From: Octopus sinensis
Taxonomy: Eukaryota
Direction of reading: 5' to 3'
Assembly (NCBI RefSeq): GCF_006345805.1
Contig: NC_043006.1
Location: 54,684,001-54,748,000, forward strand
Length of the DNA stretch: 64,000 nt
Position numbers and translations under genes: made by a program. Of this stretch, positions 50,001 to 63,185 are shown one piece after another; the first letter of the stretch is position 1; each line of letters begins with the position of its first letter. The notes under the pieces are model-generated. The model was given only the letters and a program-made list of their open reading frames with translations. It was not told the origin of the DNA and made no database searches.

Positions 50001-50503
50001 TGGCTGTAGTCTAATAACTGAAACGAGAAAAAAAAAAGAGATAAAAAGATACATGTATATAGGCTCAAGCATAGCTATATGGATAAGAAGTTTGCTTTCT
50101 GACCATGTGGTTTCAGGTTCAGTCTCACTGCTCAGCACCTTAAGCAAATGTCTTATACTAAAGCATCAGGTCAACCAAAGCCTTGTGAATGTATTTGGCA
50201 GACTGAAACTGAAAGGAACATGTGTGTGTGTATGTATGTATGTATATGTGTGTGTATGTGCATGTGTATGTATTTGTGTTTGTATCTCCTGTCGATTTTG
50301 ACATGTGAGTGTTTGAAGGAGAGGATTAAAAAAAAAAGGTTTAAAAATAAAAGAAGCTGCATCTATCTATGATGGATGTGTGCATGTAATTTGAGCCCAG
50401 GTATGGATTTTGCTATGAAGTCACAATGGAAACACTGATAATTTTGATTTTGCCTGGGTTTGGACAAATGTGTGTTGACTGCAGGATATAATTCTTCTGT
50501 ATG

Positions 50504-50541
<38 letters not shown>

Positions 50542-51238
50542 TGTATACATATATATATATATATATTATATAATGATAACATCTTCCTAATTTATTGCTA
50601 GCTGCTGGCCATTTGATATGTATGCACACATACTCACACTCACACAAATATATGAATGTGTATTAAAAATAGATACATATTGTTATGACGGGCAAGAATT
50701 ACAGAATCAATTTGTTTTATTTGGCAAAAGCATTCAATTTGAGTATTCAAAGCGTAACATGTCTGTATTTTTTTACAGATTACTGGTTGCTGGACCTTAA
50801 CTAATGTATACCATAACACATTTGGATCGGAAATTGTAATAATGATTGCACTAGCATTTAAAAGGTTTAGTTGTTTTGGTGTTTTCTGTATCCTTGTTGA
50901 ACAAGGAATTTCAAGTGTGAGGGTTTTGAACAAGGAAATTCAGGTGGTAAGGCTGTGATTTTCTTTTCAATAACCTGATCAATGCTAGATCCTTCCCATT
51001 CACATGCTTGTTGAGTTGAACTTCTCAACATGTCATTGTGATACTCATGAATGGGACATCCATTTGCAAACCCAATGTTCACTCTGGCTGGATTCTTGAA
51101 CAAGCTGACATTACAGCAATCACCTGTGGAACTCTTTTTTTCAGTGGAACCAGAACTTGGTCACTTTCTTGTAGTGCTCTCACTCCATAGTACCTATATT
51201 TTAATTCATGTGCATGGCAGCTGTGTAAGAAGTTTGTA

Positions 51239-51590
51239 AAGGCGGCAAGCTGGCAGAAATGTTAGCACACTAGGCAAAATGCTTAGCGGTTTTTCATCTG
51301 CCATTACATTCTGAGTTCAAATTCTGCCGAGGTCGACTTTGCCTTTCATCCTTTCGGGATCGATATAATCAACTTGATCTGTTTGTCTGTCCTTGTTTGG
51401 CCCTTTGTGGGTAGTAAATAAATAGGTATTTCGTCTGCCATTATGTTCTGAGTTCAAATTCCACCATGGTCGACTTTGTCTTTCATCCTTTCAGGGTCGA
51501 TAAATTAAGTACCAGCTGTGTACTGGAGTTGATTTAATTGACTGGCCCCCTCCCCCAAAATTTCGGGTCTTGTGCCTAGAGTAGAAAAGA
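51239..51590 (+). mobile_element. SINE family A with internal partial duplication
   Basis: ttctgagttcaaatt...gtcgactttg..tttcatcctttc occurs at ~51310 and ~51445. Confidence 0.85.
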
Positions 51591-52103
51591 AGTTTACTTC
51601 TAAACCATATGCTTCCGGGTTCAGTCCCACAGTATGGCATACTGGGCAAGCATTTTCTTCTATAGCCCTAGGTTGACCATGCCTCATGAGTGGATTTGGT
51701 AGATGGAAAATGAATGAAGCTCTTTGTGTGTGTATATGCACATTGACACACACACACACAGCTCCTTTCATTTTCCATCTACCAAATCTATTCTGTGTGT
51801 GTGTGTGTGCATGTGTGTTTATGTACTCTGACTGTGCAAGCATAGAAAAGTGTATGTTAAAAAGATGATGATATTCCAAGAAGAAGAGGCAGATTACATG
51901 ACTTTTGCAAGACTTCTCAGACTGAAGTAGGACCTGCCCAATCTGCAGATAAAATATAGGTGGGGAGGGAATATGGAGCTGGGTCTAAATGTTTGTAACA
52001 GAGCTGATACCAATAAAAGCATCCGAGAACCAGGAGATGGTTTAAACTTCCTATCTGGTCCTTCTCACCATGCATAAAAATGTTAGTCATTGACTCATTG
52101 ATA

Positions 52104-52152
<49 letters not shown>

Positions 52153-53049
52153 ATATATATATATTTGATACTCTGATCTTGTGTAGATCTACATGTTATG
52201 AAACTAAATCTGTCTGAGTTGGTTCTAGTGTAAGAAATCTTTATTACCATTTTATTTGACAAACTACTGCAAGAAATAACTATTTAATTGACCTTTTGTG
52301 TAATTTGTTGACCTTGTGTATAATCAGATGTATCCGTCAATATATATTAGCCTGAATGACATCAGGAGATGGAAAGAAGAATGAAAGTTTGTTGTGTTCA
52401 TGTTAGAGTTAGTGAAGCAGCTGCTGCTATGAACTGAGTTGGGGTTTACTGATTTGGTTCTCTTGAGTTTATCATTTATGCATGCTACAGTGGTTAATGT
52501 GGAGGTGCATGGCTTAGTGGTTAGGGTGTTGGTCTCATGATTGTAAGATTGTGGTTTTGATTCCTGAACCAGGTGATGCACTGTGTTCCTGAGCAAAACA
52601 CTTGATTTCACATTACTCTAGTTCATTCAGCTGATAAAAATGAGTAATCCTGCAATGGACTGGCATCCCATCCAGGAAAGAATATATATGCCAGAGAAAC
52701 TGAGAAACCAACTCTCTGCTCTTTACAGAGTAATGGGGACTAACCACAGTGGTTAATACTTCTAATTACAGAAAAAATTAAATCAAATTAAAGAAAATGT
52801 TACAAAAATCCATTAGGAAATATTTGTCATGGAGAATTGACAGTTGATAATAAATATTTTGGCATTTTTCAGACTAGTTTTCATCCATTAGATTCTATGT
52901 AGTCCCAACCTCATGGTTCCAGGTTCAGTCCCACTGCATGGCACCTTGGGCATGTGTCTTCTACTGTAGCTTCAGGCTGACCAAAGCCTTGTGAGTGAAT
53001 TTGGTAGACAGAAACTGAAAGTAGCTTGTCGTATATGTGTGTGTATATA

Positions 53050-53887
53050 TAGAAGGTGTAGTTAAACAGTAATATTTAAAAAAAACCATAATTTTGATTT
53101 AGTTTTCTTCAAAGTATTTGCCTTGGGAGTCTACAGACTTCTGCCAGCATTCCTGCCACTGCTGACAACGTTTCTGGAAATCAATTTTGGGGATACTGTA
53201 AAGCTGTACCATTGAATTTTGCTTAATGCCCTCTGTTGACTCAAATCTTCTCTCTATGAGTGTTTTTCTGAGCTTTGGAAATAGCCAAAAGTCACACACA
53301 GCCAAGTCTGGGGAACAGGATATCTGACGAACAAGTGGTGTGTTTTGCTTGACTAAGAATGCTTGGACAACTTGGGTGGAATGAGCGGGTGTGTTGTCAT
53401 GGTGGAGTTACCAGTTCTTTGCTGCCCACAGGTTGGGTTGTTTTTATAGATGGTCTTCATAAACTATTCCTCGAAACTTTGCAATCGTTTCACCATTTCT
53501 GCTAGTCAATGGTCTGCCACAACATGGCTCACTGTTCACTGACATCTTTAAACCAGTTGTACCACTCCTTTATTTGTGTTTTTCCCATAGCATCATCTCC
53601 AAAGGTCTTCTGAATCTTCTCAATAGTCTGGGCTTGTGTGTCACTAAGAATTTGACAACAAGAATTTCCTCCATGCGCTCAGTCATCTTGACTCAAAAAG
53701 AAAATTGCAGAGTACACACTTCACATTTGTACTCAATGTGTCACTGCGAGTGAATGGCATAACCTGCAGACACAAAAATTTTTGCACATGCCCAGGAAGG
53801 ACATGGTGACCCATGGAGATTTTGCAGATGCATTATTATTTTGTGCAAAAAGAATCAAGGTCAGACACTTTTTGATTACACCTTGTA
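53050..53887 (-). mobile_element. Internally deleted mariner transposon
   Basis: DLAVCDFWLFPKLRKTLIERRFES...WQKSVDSQGKYFEEN; TIRs ta(g/c)aaggtgta.t.aaa.agt. Confidence 0.85.
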
Positions 53888-54757
53888 TATCTGTGTATGT
53901 CTTTGTGTCTGTGTTTGTTACCCACCACCATCTAATAACCAGTGTTGGTGTGTTTATGTTCCTGTAGCATAGTGGTTTGGCAAAAAAGAGTGATAGAATA
54001 AGTATCAGGCTTAAAAAGAAAATAAGTATTGGGATGGTTGATATAATTTACTATAACTTTGAAAACAAAAATTATCCAAATATAAAAGACAAATCCTATA
54101 AGGTCAGTTACAGCCTTTTAGGAATAACAGCCAAATCTTCAAGTCACATGCTACCATTTTTCAAAAAATTAAGGACACATTCAATAAGATAGTCTTTAGA
54201 CACCAAAAAATAAATAAACAAACAAAACAATCAAAACAGAAGTATCATGGTTGGAATGTATTTGATCATTAGTCTGGTCAGTTGGTACTGACCTAGGGTT
54301 GAATAATAAAAACAACTGTTAAAATGAGGCTAACCTAAAATAATCAAGTGTATGTGTAAGTCTGTGTGTCTATTCATATATAAATCATTTAATCTTGTGT
54401 GGTGACTGAACAAGTAACTAGGATAAAATGACTATAGTGATGAAGGACAAAGATAGTTTAATGAGTAGGTATGACTATGGAAATATTATATCAATAGCTA
54501 TCAACTGGACAACCCACCTTTAATGACCAGTTCTTAATTGTAATCTTAATTATCACTAAGAAAGATTAGGAGGGAATTTTACTAATACTTAAGAAAAAAA
54601 CAAAACAAAAGCAAAATATATACATATAAGCGTATGGCGTAAGGTAGATAATACATAGCCTATAGTAAAAGTGTGTGCATATATGTATGTGTGTGCGTAT
54701 GTATGTATGTATGTATGTATGTATATCTGTCTGCCTATCTAAATTATATATATATAT

Positions 54758-54809
<52 letters not shown>

Positions 54810-54888
54810 GTAAAATATACAGGTAGTGAGTTTTTTTAGAAATTTCACTACCAGTGGCCTATATGTATGTATATCGGTTTGCCTATCT

Positions 54889-54943
<55 letters not shown>

Positions 54944-55175
54944 ACATATATACGTATGTACGTAAAATATACAGGGTAGTGAGTATTTTTTAGAAATTTC
55001 ACTACCAGTGGCCTAGCATGTATAAAAAGTCAATAGACAACATAGTCTCAATATAAAATAGTGCACATTTAAACACAAGAGATAACTGCCCTCAGCAGGC
55101 AGTTTTTACACGCTAGAAGAAATAGTCAAAACGACCAAAACCACATTTAAGAGTAATCCTCAAAATGTACACCAT

Positions 55176-55212
<37 letters not shown>

Positions 55213-55269
55213 TTTAACCATAACCATGTGGTGTATGTATGTATGTATGTATGTATCTATCTATCTATC

Positions 55270-55308
<39 letters not shown>

Positions 55309-55800
55309 ATTAACCATAACCCTGTGGTCTGAGGGTGCATGGCCTAGTAGTTAGAGTGTTGCACTCATGATTATGAGATCATGGCTTCATTTCTTAGGCA
55401 GGGTGGTGCATTGTGTTCTTGAGTAAAACTCTTCAGCTCATGTTGCTCTGTGATCACTTCGACATCTGATGCATGGTACATCGTGCACCTGTTTGGGCAA
55501 TGTTGATTTGAAGGAGGGAAGTGAGCCAATGTATAGCACATTCATTTGATCACTATAAACAAATCATTTATGCAAGTCATTTGGCTAAAGCTGAACACTT
55601 ATATGTCGTCTTTGACAAGAGAGTCCATCATATATATATTTTCATTAACCATAACCATGTGGCGTTAGGAAGGGCATCCAGCTGTAGAAACTCTGCCAGA
55701 TCAAGATTGAAGCCTGGTGCAGCCATCTGCCTTGCCAGTCTTCAGTCAAATCAATCAACCCATGCTAGCATGGAAAGCGGACGTTAAGCGATGATGATGA

Positions 55801-55850
<50 letters not shown>

Positions 55851-56358
55851 CAATAGAAAGTACCAAAGACTTTCTATTTCTTATTCTACTATATATATAT
55901 ATATATCATCATCATATATATATCATTGCTATTATGTTAAACTGTCGTATGTCCAAATTTGATCAAATGCGTTTTTTTCAATATTTATTTTTGCTTGCAA
56001 TAGCTGGTTCTTTTGGTCAAACTATTGTATTTCCTGCTGCTTCAGATGCCAAGATATTAAAAATTGCCAAAGTGTAGTACAATAGTTTTGCTATGGAATG
56101 GTGAAACTATTTTTTCATTTTCTGAAAAAGCAATATTTTGGACTTACAATACTTTTGCATAATAGCAACAATATATATCAACTCTTTAAAAGCAGGTTAC
56201 ATAGTTCTAGAAGAAATTTATACTGTGTATGTGTGTTTGTATTTATACATGCAGGCACATCTGTGTGCGGCTAAGAAACTTGCTTTCCAACTCTGTGGTC
56301 TCAGGTTCAGTCCCATTGCATGGTATACATTTATTTTAAACATATGTGTGTAAGTTTA

Positions 56359-56403
<45 letters not shown>

Positions 56404-56890
56404 ACTTGTCTTGATATCATGATGGTTGTAAATGAATATCACCATCATATAAGAGGTGGTGTTTATTTCCAGTCTTCTGTGAAAAACTTGTCCAGCCATA
56501 GCAAATATTATTTTGTTTGTGTATATATATTTATATATATATATATACACACATGCTCAAATACATATGTACTTAAGCGTGTTATGGAAATGCTAAATGA
56601 TAGTCTAATTAAGTAAAGCCATAAAATGTGATGCACTAGCGATGGCCTGTATTAGCAAATAGTAGTACTGTTAATTAAACATTATATAAACTCTCAAAGA
56701 CATGACACACAATTTTATCTATATTTAGTTGTGCACTTCCTTTGCGGATACATGTGATAGTATGTCTGCTCTTTGCTCAGAGCTGACTTGAGACTAAGCA
56801 ACATTAAACTTGTGCTAGTGACACACAAAACATGATGAAGATCTGTACTCTAAACTGGATGGTTTATTACTGTTGTATCTTTCCTAACAA

Positions 56891-56921
<31 letters not shown>

Positions 56922-58541
56922 CGTACATACGTACGTACATACGTGTGTGTGTGTGTGTCTTTATTTCAAACACTGTCATTTTCAACAGAGCAAAATGTTT
57001 CTTTCATAAATCCCATTTCTCCTTTCCTTCCTCTATATCATTTAACTTTGTGCTGATCTTAAGTCTGAAACATCAAAAGCTCTCTCCGTTTCTTAATCTA
57101 TCATTCAGCATAAAAGTGATAATTACACCTTACTTTCACTTTGACTTCTGTGCTTGTATACTTTTGAACCTGAGCGTATATATGGTTATGATTGAGGTGA
57201 TGGTGGCGGTGTTGTCGGTGGTAGCATTGTCTACTTTCCATACTGGCATGGTTTGAGCATTTTTGTATTGGGAACCACTGATTTCATAACCTGGTGCTTG
57301 TATGTGTTTTCTACAGTTTGATGTCCTTTGTATTGCCAACCACTTTACAGAGTATACTGGGAGCTTTTTTCTTGTACCAACTTCAAAGATATTGGTTAGT
57401 CCTCAATGAGACAAGACCATAGGAACTACACAACCCTATACTTTCTCCGTTCACTTGCTGCTCTTTTTGTGGCACCAGCACTAAAGAAATTGTCTTGCTT
57501 CCCACTTAGACAAAACGCAAGAGTGTGTGTTTTTCTTCATGACACCTATACAGGAGGTGGGGTACACTGTACACAATAAATGTAGAAAGTATTCAATAAC
57601 CTAAGATGTGTAGACTTTTACCTTTTACTTGTTTCAGTCATTAGACTGTGGCCATGCTGGGATACTTCCACGAAGAATTTTAACTGAACAAATTGACTTC
57701 AGCACTCATTTTAGTTCTTAAGCCTGGTACTTATTCTTTCAGTCTATTTTGAGCAAGTATCTTTTCCCATACTCTTGGGCTGTCGATTGTCTTATGAGTG
57801 ACAAGGTATTTAGTAGACAGAAACTGTCCAGCAGCCTGTACAGCCAACTGAATTTGAATTACTTCTGTAGGATAAATTGAATTGTAAAGAAAACATTGGT
57901 AAACCACACTATAATGTACCATATAAACCTTGTGGAGATACCACAATGTTATCAGAAGCTGGTGTGACTTGATGACTGTTTCATCTACTGAGCATGATTT
58001 ATCATTTACAAATAGAAATGTTGTTTAATATAAAATTTTAGAGTTGTAAGAATGGAAGTAAGTCTTGCCACCTTGAATAACACCAGGAAACACACACACA
58101 ATAATTAGTATTCAACTTTTATGAAATTTCTTGGTACTTATACCAATGATGAAATGAATATTAATTTTTTCCAAAGATAAATATTTATTACCTTAAAATA
58201 AAATTAAATAAAAACAAACTTCTCATTTGTATACATGCAATGAGGATATGTTATCATTTTTATATAGATGCTGGTGTGTGTGATTAAGAAACTTGCTTTC
58301 CAACTATGTGGCCTTGGTTTCAGACCCACTGTATGGAATCTGGGGCAAGAGTCTTGTATTATAGCCTTGGGTTGACCAAAGTCCTGTGATTGAATTTGGT
58401 AATTGAAACTGAAAGCAGTCCATCATTGTGCGTGTGTATGTGTGTGTATAATGTACTGATCCATGACAGAAAATTCAACAAAAAAGTACTCCATCTGGTG
58501 AGAGATAAATATTATTTGAAGGTCAAAATACATGTATCAAA

Positions 58542-58594
58542 GCACCACTAATAGTTTCATATGTTGAGAAAATTCAAACATATTCTTCAGGTGC
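58542..58594 (-). ncRNA. pLTR hammerhead motif (cleavage triplet mutated to GUG)
   Basis: gcac-CTGAAGA-atatgtt...aacatat-GAAAC-tatta-GTG-gtgc. Confidence 0.7.
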
Positions 58595-59833
58595 AAACCA
58601 TATATCATAACGAACTTAAGAAATTGAATAATAGAAGAAATGCGAAAAAATTGAGAAGGCAGCATCTAGAAAAGGCAGACAGTAAACAATGGAAAATGAG
58701 AAACAGAAACTAAAATGTGAAAAATAAGAAGTAAAAAGGCAAAAGAGCTATCCTCCTTAGACCTTAAATGATAAGGCTGGAAAGATATAAAATCAGTCAG
58801 AAATAGACGGAATTTCCCAATTCCTCCTATGCATATTAACCACTGAAAATTTCTGACCTGGAGTTCAATAGAGAGTCAGGGATTTTAGATCTGAACAGGA
58901 TCTGCACTCTTTCAGCCAAACAAAGTCTACATTTATTCGATCCATTCACATAGAGTATGGATTTCTCAATTAATTTCCATTTAATCACATGCGGTGTTTC
59001 ATTATATTACAAAGTCTATACGTAGCTAGCCAACTTAGTAGCCTTACTTTTGTTTCTATGTTGAAAGAAGGCTATATGATTGGCATAGCAATTTTTTAAT
59101 TCACCTTAACGTAATCCAATATAGGCCGTCTTATCAGTTGTATTAATATTTAGGTTGCAGTAACTTTGCCTCATATATGATAGATTTAGTCATACATCGT
59201 TGGTCAAGTGGACAGGATCCTGGGTCATGACAGTTGTAACTGGATTCAAGTTCTTGGTATTGACCACATGTATTGATACTCTTCATATTGGGGCAGCATC
59301 TATATGATAATTTCACAGAACATCAATTAACTATTTTCCTGTATCATCTGTGAGTGGCTGGAAAGTGTTTGTCTAGGAGAGACAGGATTCTTTTACCAAT
59401 GTTAGTTTATATATTAAGGGAAAATGGAGAAGTGAATTGAATAATTTTCCTTGGCCTATTTTTAGGTTTCTTATTATTAATATACTAGAGTGGTTATGTA
59501 CTATATCTTTAATGCCACTAGATCTATTATTAATATTTTGATTATTATTAGAGGGATTATATATTAATTTATCTTTGAAGCCACTGTTGCCTAAGGCCTT
59601 GTTATAATAGGGGGCAGCTTTCTTGAAAATTTCTTTGGAAGAAGAGAAGTTAAACACTCTGTTACTAATATTAGCTATCAGGTTTTTAAATATTACTGGA
59701 GGGTGACAAGACTTTTAATGTATATACATGAGTTTTTCGTTTTCAGTTATTTACTGTCCGCCTTTTCTATATACTGCCTTCTCAATTTTTTCATGTTACT
59801 TCTATTATTCAAGTTCTTTATGTTATGTGATTT

Positions 59834-59886
59834 GCACCTGAAGAATATGTTTGAGTTTTCTCAAATTATGAAACTATTAGTAGCAC
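59834..59886 (+). ncRNA. pLTR hammerhead motif (GUA retained, stem I disrupted)
   Basis: gcac-CTGAAGA-atatgtttgagttttctcaaattat-GAAAC-tatta-GTA-gcac. Confidence 0.65.
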
Positions 59887-60436
59887 TTTAATACATGTAT
59901 TGTGACCTTTAAATAATATATATATTTATGTGTGTATGTGTGCATTTTGTATGTACTCTTGTCCTAACATCATGTGATGGTTGTAAACTATCAGCACTGT
60001 CATACAAGTAATGTCATTTGTTTCCAGGATTTCATGAAAAATGCCTGGCTATGGGGAAATATTACCTTGCTTGGAAACAAAAGCAGGTTGACAATAGGAG
60101 TGGCATCATGCTGTAAAAAATCTGCCTCAACAAATTCTGTCTGACCCATGGAAAATTGGATGTTAAACTATGATGATGAGGATGATGATGATTTTTTATT
60201 TTATCAGCATAATCACAATCTACTCCATTCTGCAAAATTTCATTAAAAGTTTTGTACTTTTCAGAAAGGTATAAGACACTCACTCATCCAACACACCTTA
60301 TATTAACTCTCTCTCTCTCTCTTATTGTATTTTTTCTTCCCTCTATAAAATGCAAAGCCTAACCGGAGAAATTAAGCAGCCAACATTTATACCACCTTTT
60401 ATTACATAGAAGTAAATATATGAATAGATTGCAGGG

Positions 60437-60515
60437 TGGTTTCAATGGAAAAGAGCTTTCTAATGGTTTCAATAGAAAAGATCCTTCTAATGGTTTCAAT
60501 GGAGAAGAGCTTTCT
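60437..60515. repeat. 3 x 27-bp tandem repeat
   Basis: tggtttcaat(g/a)ga(a/g)aaga..tt(t/c)taa; units start at 60437, 60464 and 60491. Confidence 0.9.
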
Positions 60516-60805
60516 TGTACAAAGAATTTTGGAATTAAATCAATGGAATTACATGCTCATCGAACTGTGCTAGAGGTATGGCTGTGTAGGTGCTTCTCAA
60601 GTATGTAACCTTTGGTTCAGTCTGACATCACTACATTTTGGGCAAGTGTCTTCTACTATAGTGCCTGAGTATTCTATAGACACATATATCTTTAATCAAA
60701 GCCTCAGATAAACTCAGCATGAAGTGGCCAGGCCTTCAAATTACAGAAATGTGTGTGTGTGTGTGTGTGCATGCCCCTTGTGTATTTCTGTGTGAGCACT
60801 GGAAG

Positions 60806-60895
60806 GTCCTGAACAGGTAAATGCAGAGTATTTACTTTTATGACTAAGCTAGTCCTGAACAGGTAAATGCAGAGTATTTACTTTTATGACTAAGC
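60806..60895. repeat. Exact 44-bp tandem duplication (period 46)
   Basis: gtcctgaacaggtaaatgcagagtatttacttttatgactaagc occurs twice. Confidence 0.95.
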
Positions 60896-61429
60896 AAAAA
60901 AGAGATAAAACTTGACTAAGATATCGAAAACTGATTCATCATAGGTAATAGCATTCCCAGCTGATCATCATTTAACATCTGCTTTTCTTGTTGTCATTGG
61001 TTAGATGGTTTGACTAGAGTTGGTAAACTTAGAGGGCTGCACCAGACTCCAGTCGTCTGCTTTGGTTTGTTTCCTAGAGCTGAATGCCCTTCCTAATGTC
61101 AGTCACTTTATAGAGTACATTGGGTTCTTTTACAAGTCGCCAGCATGGGTGCCTTTCATGTGTTACCAGCACGAGTGCCTTTTTTGGGGCAACGAAGAAT
61201 AAACTGTTCTGTGATCTATTTTTGATCTGGGTACTGTAAAGTGGAAAATTCAAATTTGTTATTTCATACATATTGTTTCCATGTGGTGCTTCCATATTTA
61301 TTACATTTTGAATTTTGAAGTTATTTCTCTTGCTTATCTTGAGGTTGTGGGACCTGTCCTACTAATCAAAGACTTGGATACTCAGATTTCATAAACTTTA
61401 TGTTGAATTTTAATTTTATTTCAAGTTGT

Positions 61430-61815
61430 TTCAGTCACTTGACGACTGTCATATGTAAGTTTAGTCAAACAAATCAACCCCAGTATTTATTTTTTTAAAG
61501 CCTGGTACTTATATTGATCACCTTTGCTGAACTGCTAAGTAATAAAGATGTAATCAAACCAACACTGGTTGTCAAGTGGTTTTGAGGGACAAACTCAAAC
61601 ACACACATGCACATATGTATACATATACACACACACACACAAACACACACATACATGCATGACAGGTTCTTTCAGTTTCCTTCTACCAAATCCACTCATG
61701 AAGCTTTGGGTGACCTGAAGCTATAGAAGACATTCAAGATGCCACACAGTAGGACTGAACCCATTACCACATGGTTGGGAAGCAAACTTTTCAATCATAT
61801 GGCCATACTTGTGCC
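61430..61815 (-). mobile_element. Full-length tRNA-derived SINE family B
   Basis: Reverse complement of head plus 3' part. Confidence 0.8.
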
Positions 61816-62959
61816 TACAGGCAACACCTGCACCACCTTTCTTAAAAATGTAGTTGTTTTGTCATGTGATATGAACTAAAATAACATACAAATGTAAAGA
61901 GAGAAAAAATTGTAGATATGTAAATGAGAAAGAAAAAAACACAAAACACAACTGTCTAAGTTTAAGAAACAAGTGAACTAGTCTTCATTGTTATCATCAT
62001 CATCATCATCATCATCATTGTTTTATATCCATTTTTTTTCATGCTGGTATTAGCTGGTCAGGTCTTCTAACATCCACCTGCCACCCATCATGTCCTCCTT
62101 TGTTTTGTATGCATAACAACAGTGAGAGACCAGCCAACTCTGTTGTTGAATATTTCATTATTTCCATATGATTTCTATGGCTGAATCACCAACTCACTAA
62201 CCACCAACCACTTTATTGTGTAAGACTGAGTGTAATTATTTTGCCACTAGCAATTACAGAAGCAAACCCTGAGACGAGTCTTTCTACCCTACATTGTGGC
62301 CATTTCTTCTTTCTTGATTTTTTTTTTTTTACTGGATGCCTTTCCTAATACAAACTACTTTGCATTGTGGACTGTATGCATTTTATTGCCCCACTGGAAT
62401 AAGATTGGTTATCCCCGATATGACTAAAGAGTCCTATCACTGTCTTCTTTTGTACTTTCAATTCTGGCATGTTTTTTTTAAAGCTGGTTGTCCTTCCTAA
62501 TGCTGTTTAAACAAATTGGTAGTTTATATTGAATTCAAGCAGTAGCCATCTTGTCTTTATGTTTGGCATGTTATTCTAAGAACTTAAAATTGTATTTTTT
62601 CATTTCAATTTCAAAGATTTTAGGAAGGTTAGTACCAAGCCAGTCTTAATCCAGTAGATGTATGATCAAAGGTATTTCAACTACGAGCATCTCCTTCCTT
62701 TTTTTTCCAGACATTCTTTGTCAAACACTACATTATCCAACTTGTCCTTCTGTTTTTTTTTAAGATGATAGGGTGTGATTTGATGGAGATTTAGCTGCTA
62801 TTTTAGCAGGTCTGACAAACTCAAAGAGTTTTCTTGTTGGTTCGTGTTAAGATGTTTTTGAAGCTGATATGGTTACCATATTGATAGATTACATGTAAAA
62901 ATTAGAATCTCTCTGAATTAGTTGGGAATATCTTCAGTATAAGTCAGTTTTATGTAATT

Positions 62960-63185
62960 TTCCAACATGTTTTCAGGTTCAGTCCCACTGTACAGCACCT
63001 TGGGCAAATGTTTTCTGCTATAACCTCTGACTGACAAATAGCTTATGAGTGAATTTAGTAGACAGAAACTGCGTGGAATCCTGTCATTTAAATGTGTGTG
63101 CGTGTGTGCAGTTTAATTAAAATCCTTCAGTGTGGCGGCCCGGCATGGTTGCAATCTAAAGACTGAAACAGTAAAAAGTAAAAGG
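62960..63185 (+). mobile_element. Degenerate SINE family B
   Basis: ggttcagtcccactgtacagcaccttgggcaaatg...gactgaaacagtaaaaag. Confidence 0.7.

Larger units (their letters stand above)
58510..59920 (-). mobile_element. Penelope-like element: partial ORF (RT-GIY-YIG linker plus GIY-YIG) flanked by inverted pLTR copies
   Basis: SSSKEIFKKAAPYYNKALGNSGFKDKLIY...RPRKII; CPLDQRCMTKSIIYEA; NHIAFF; IKWKLIEK..Y..GSNKCRLCLAERVQIL. 58510-58710 is the inverted counterpart of 59720-59920. Confidence 0.9.
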
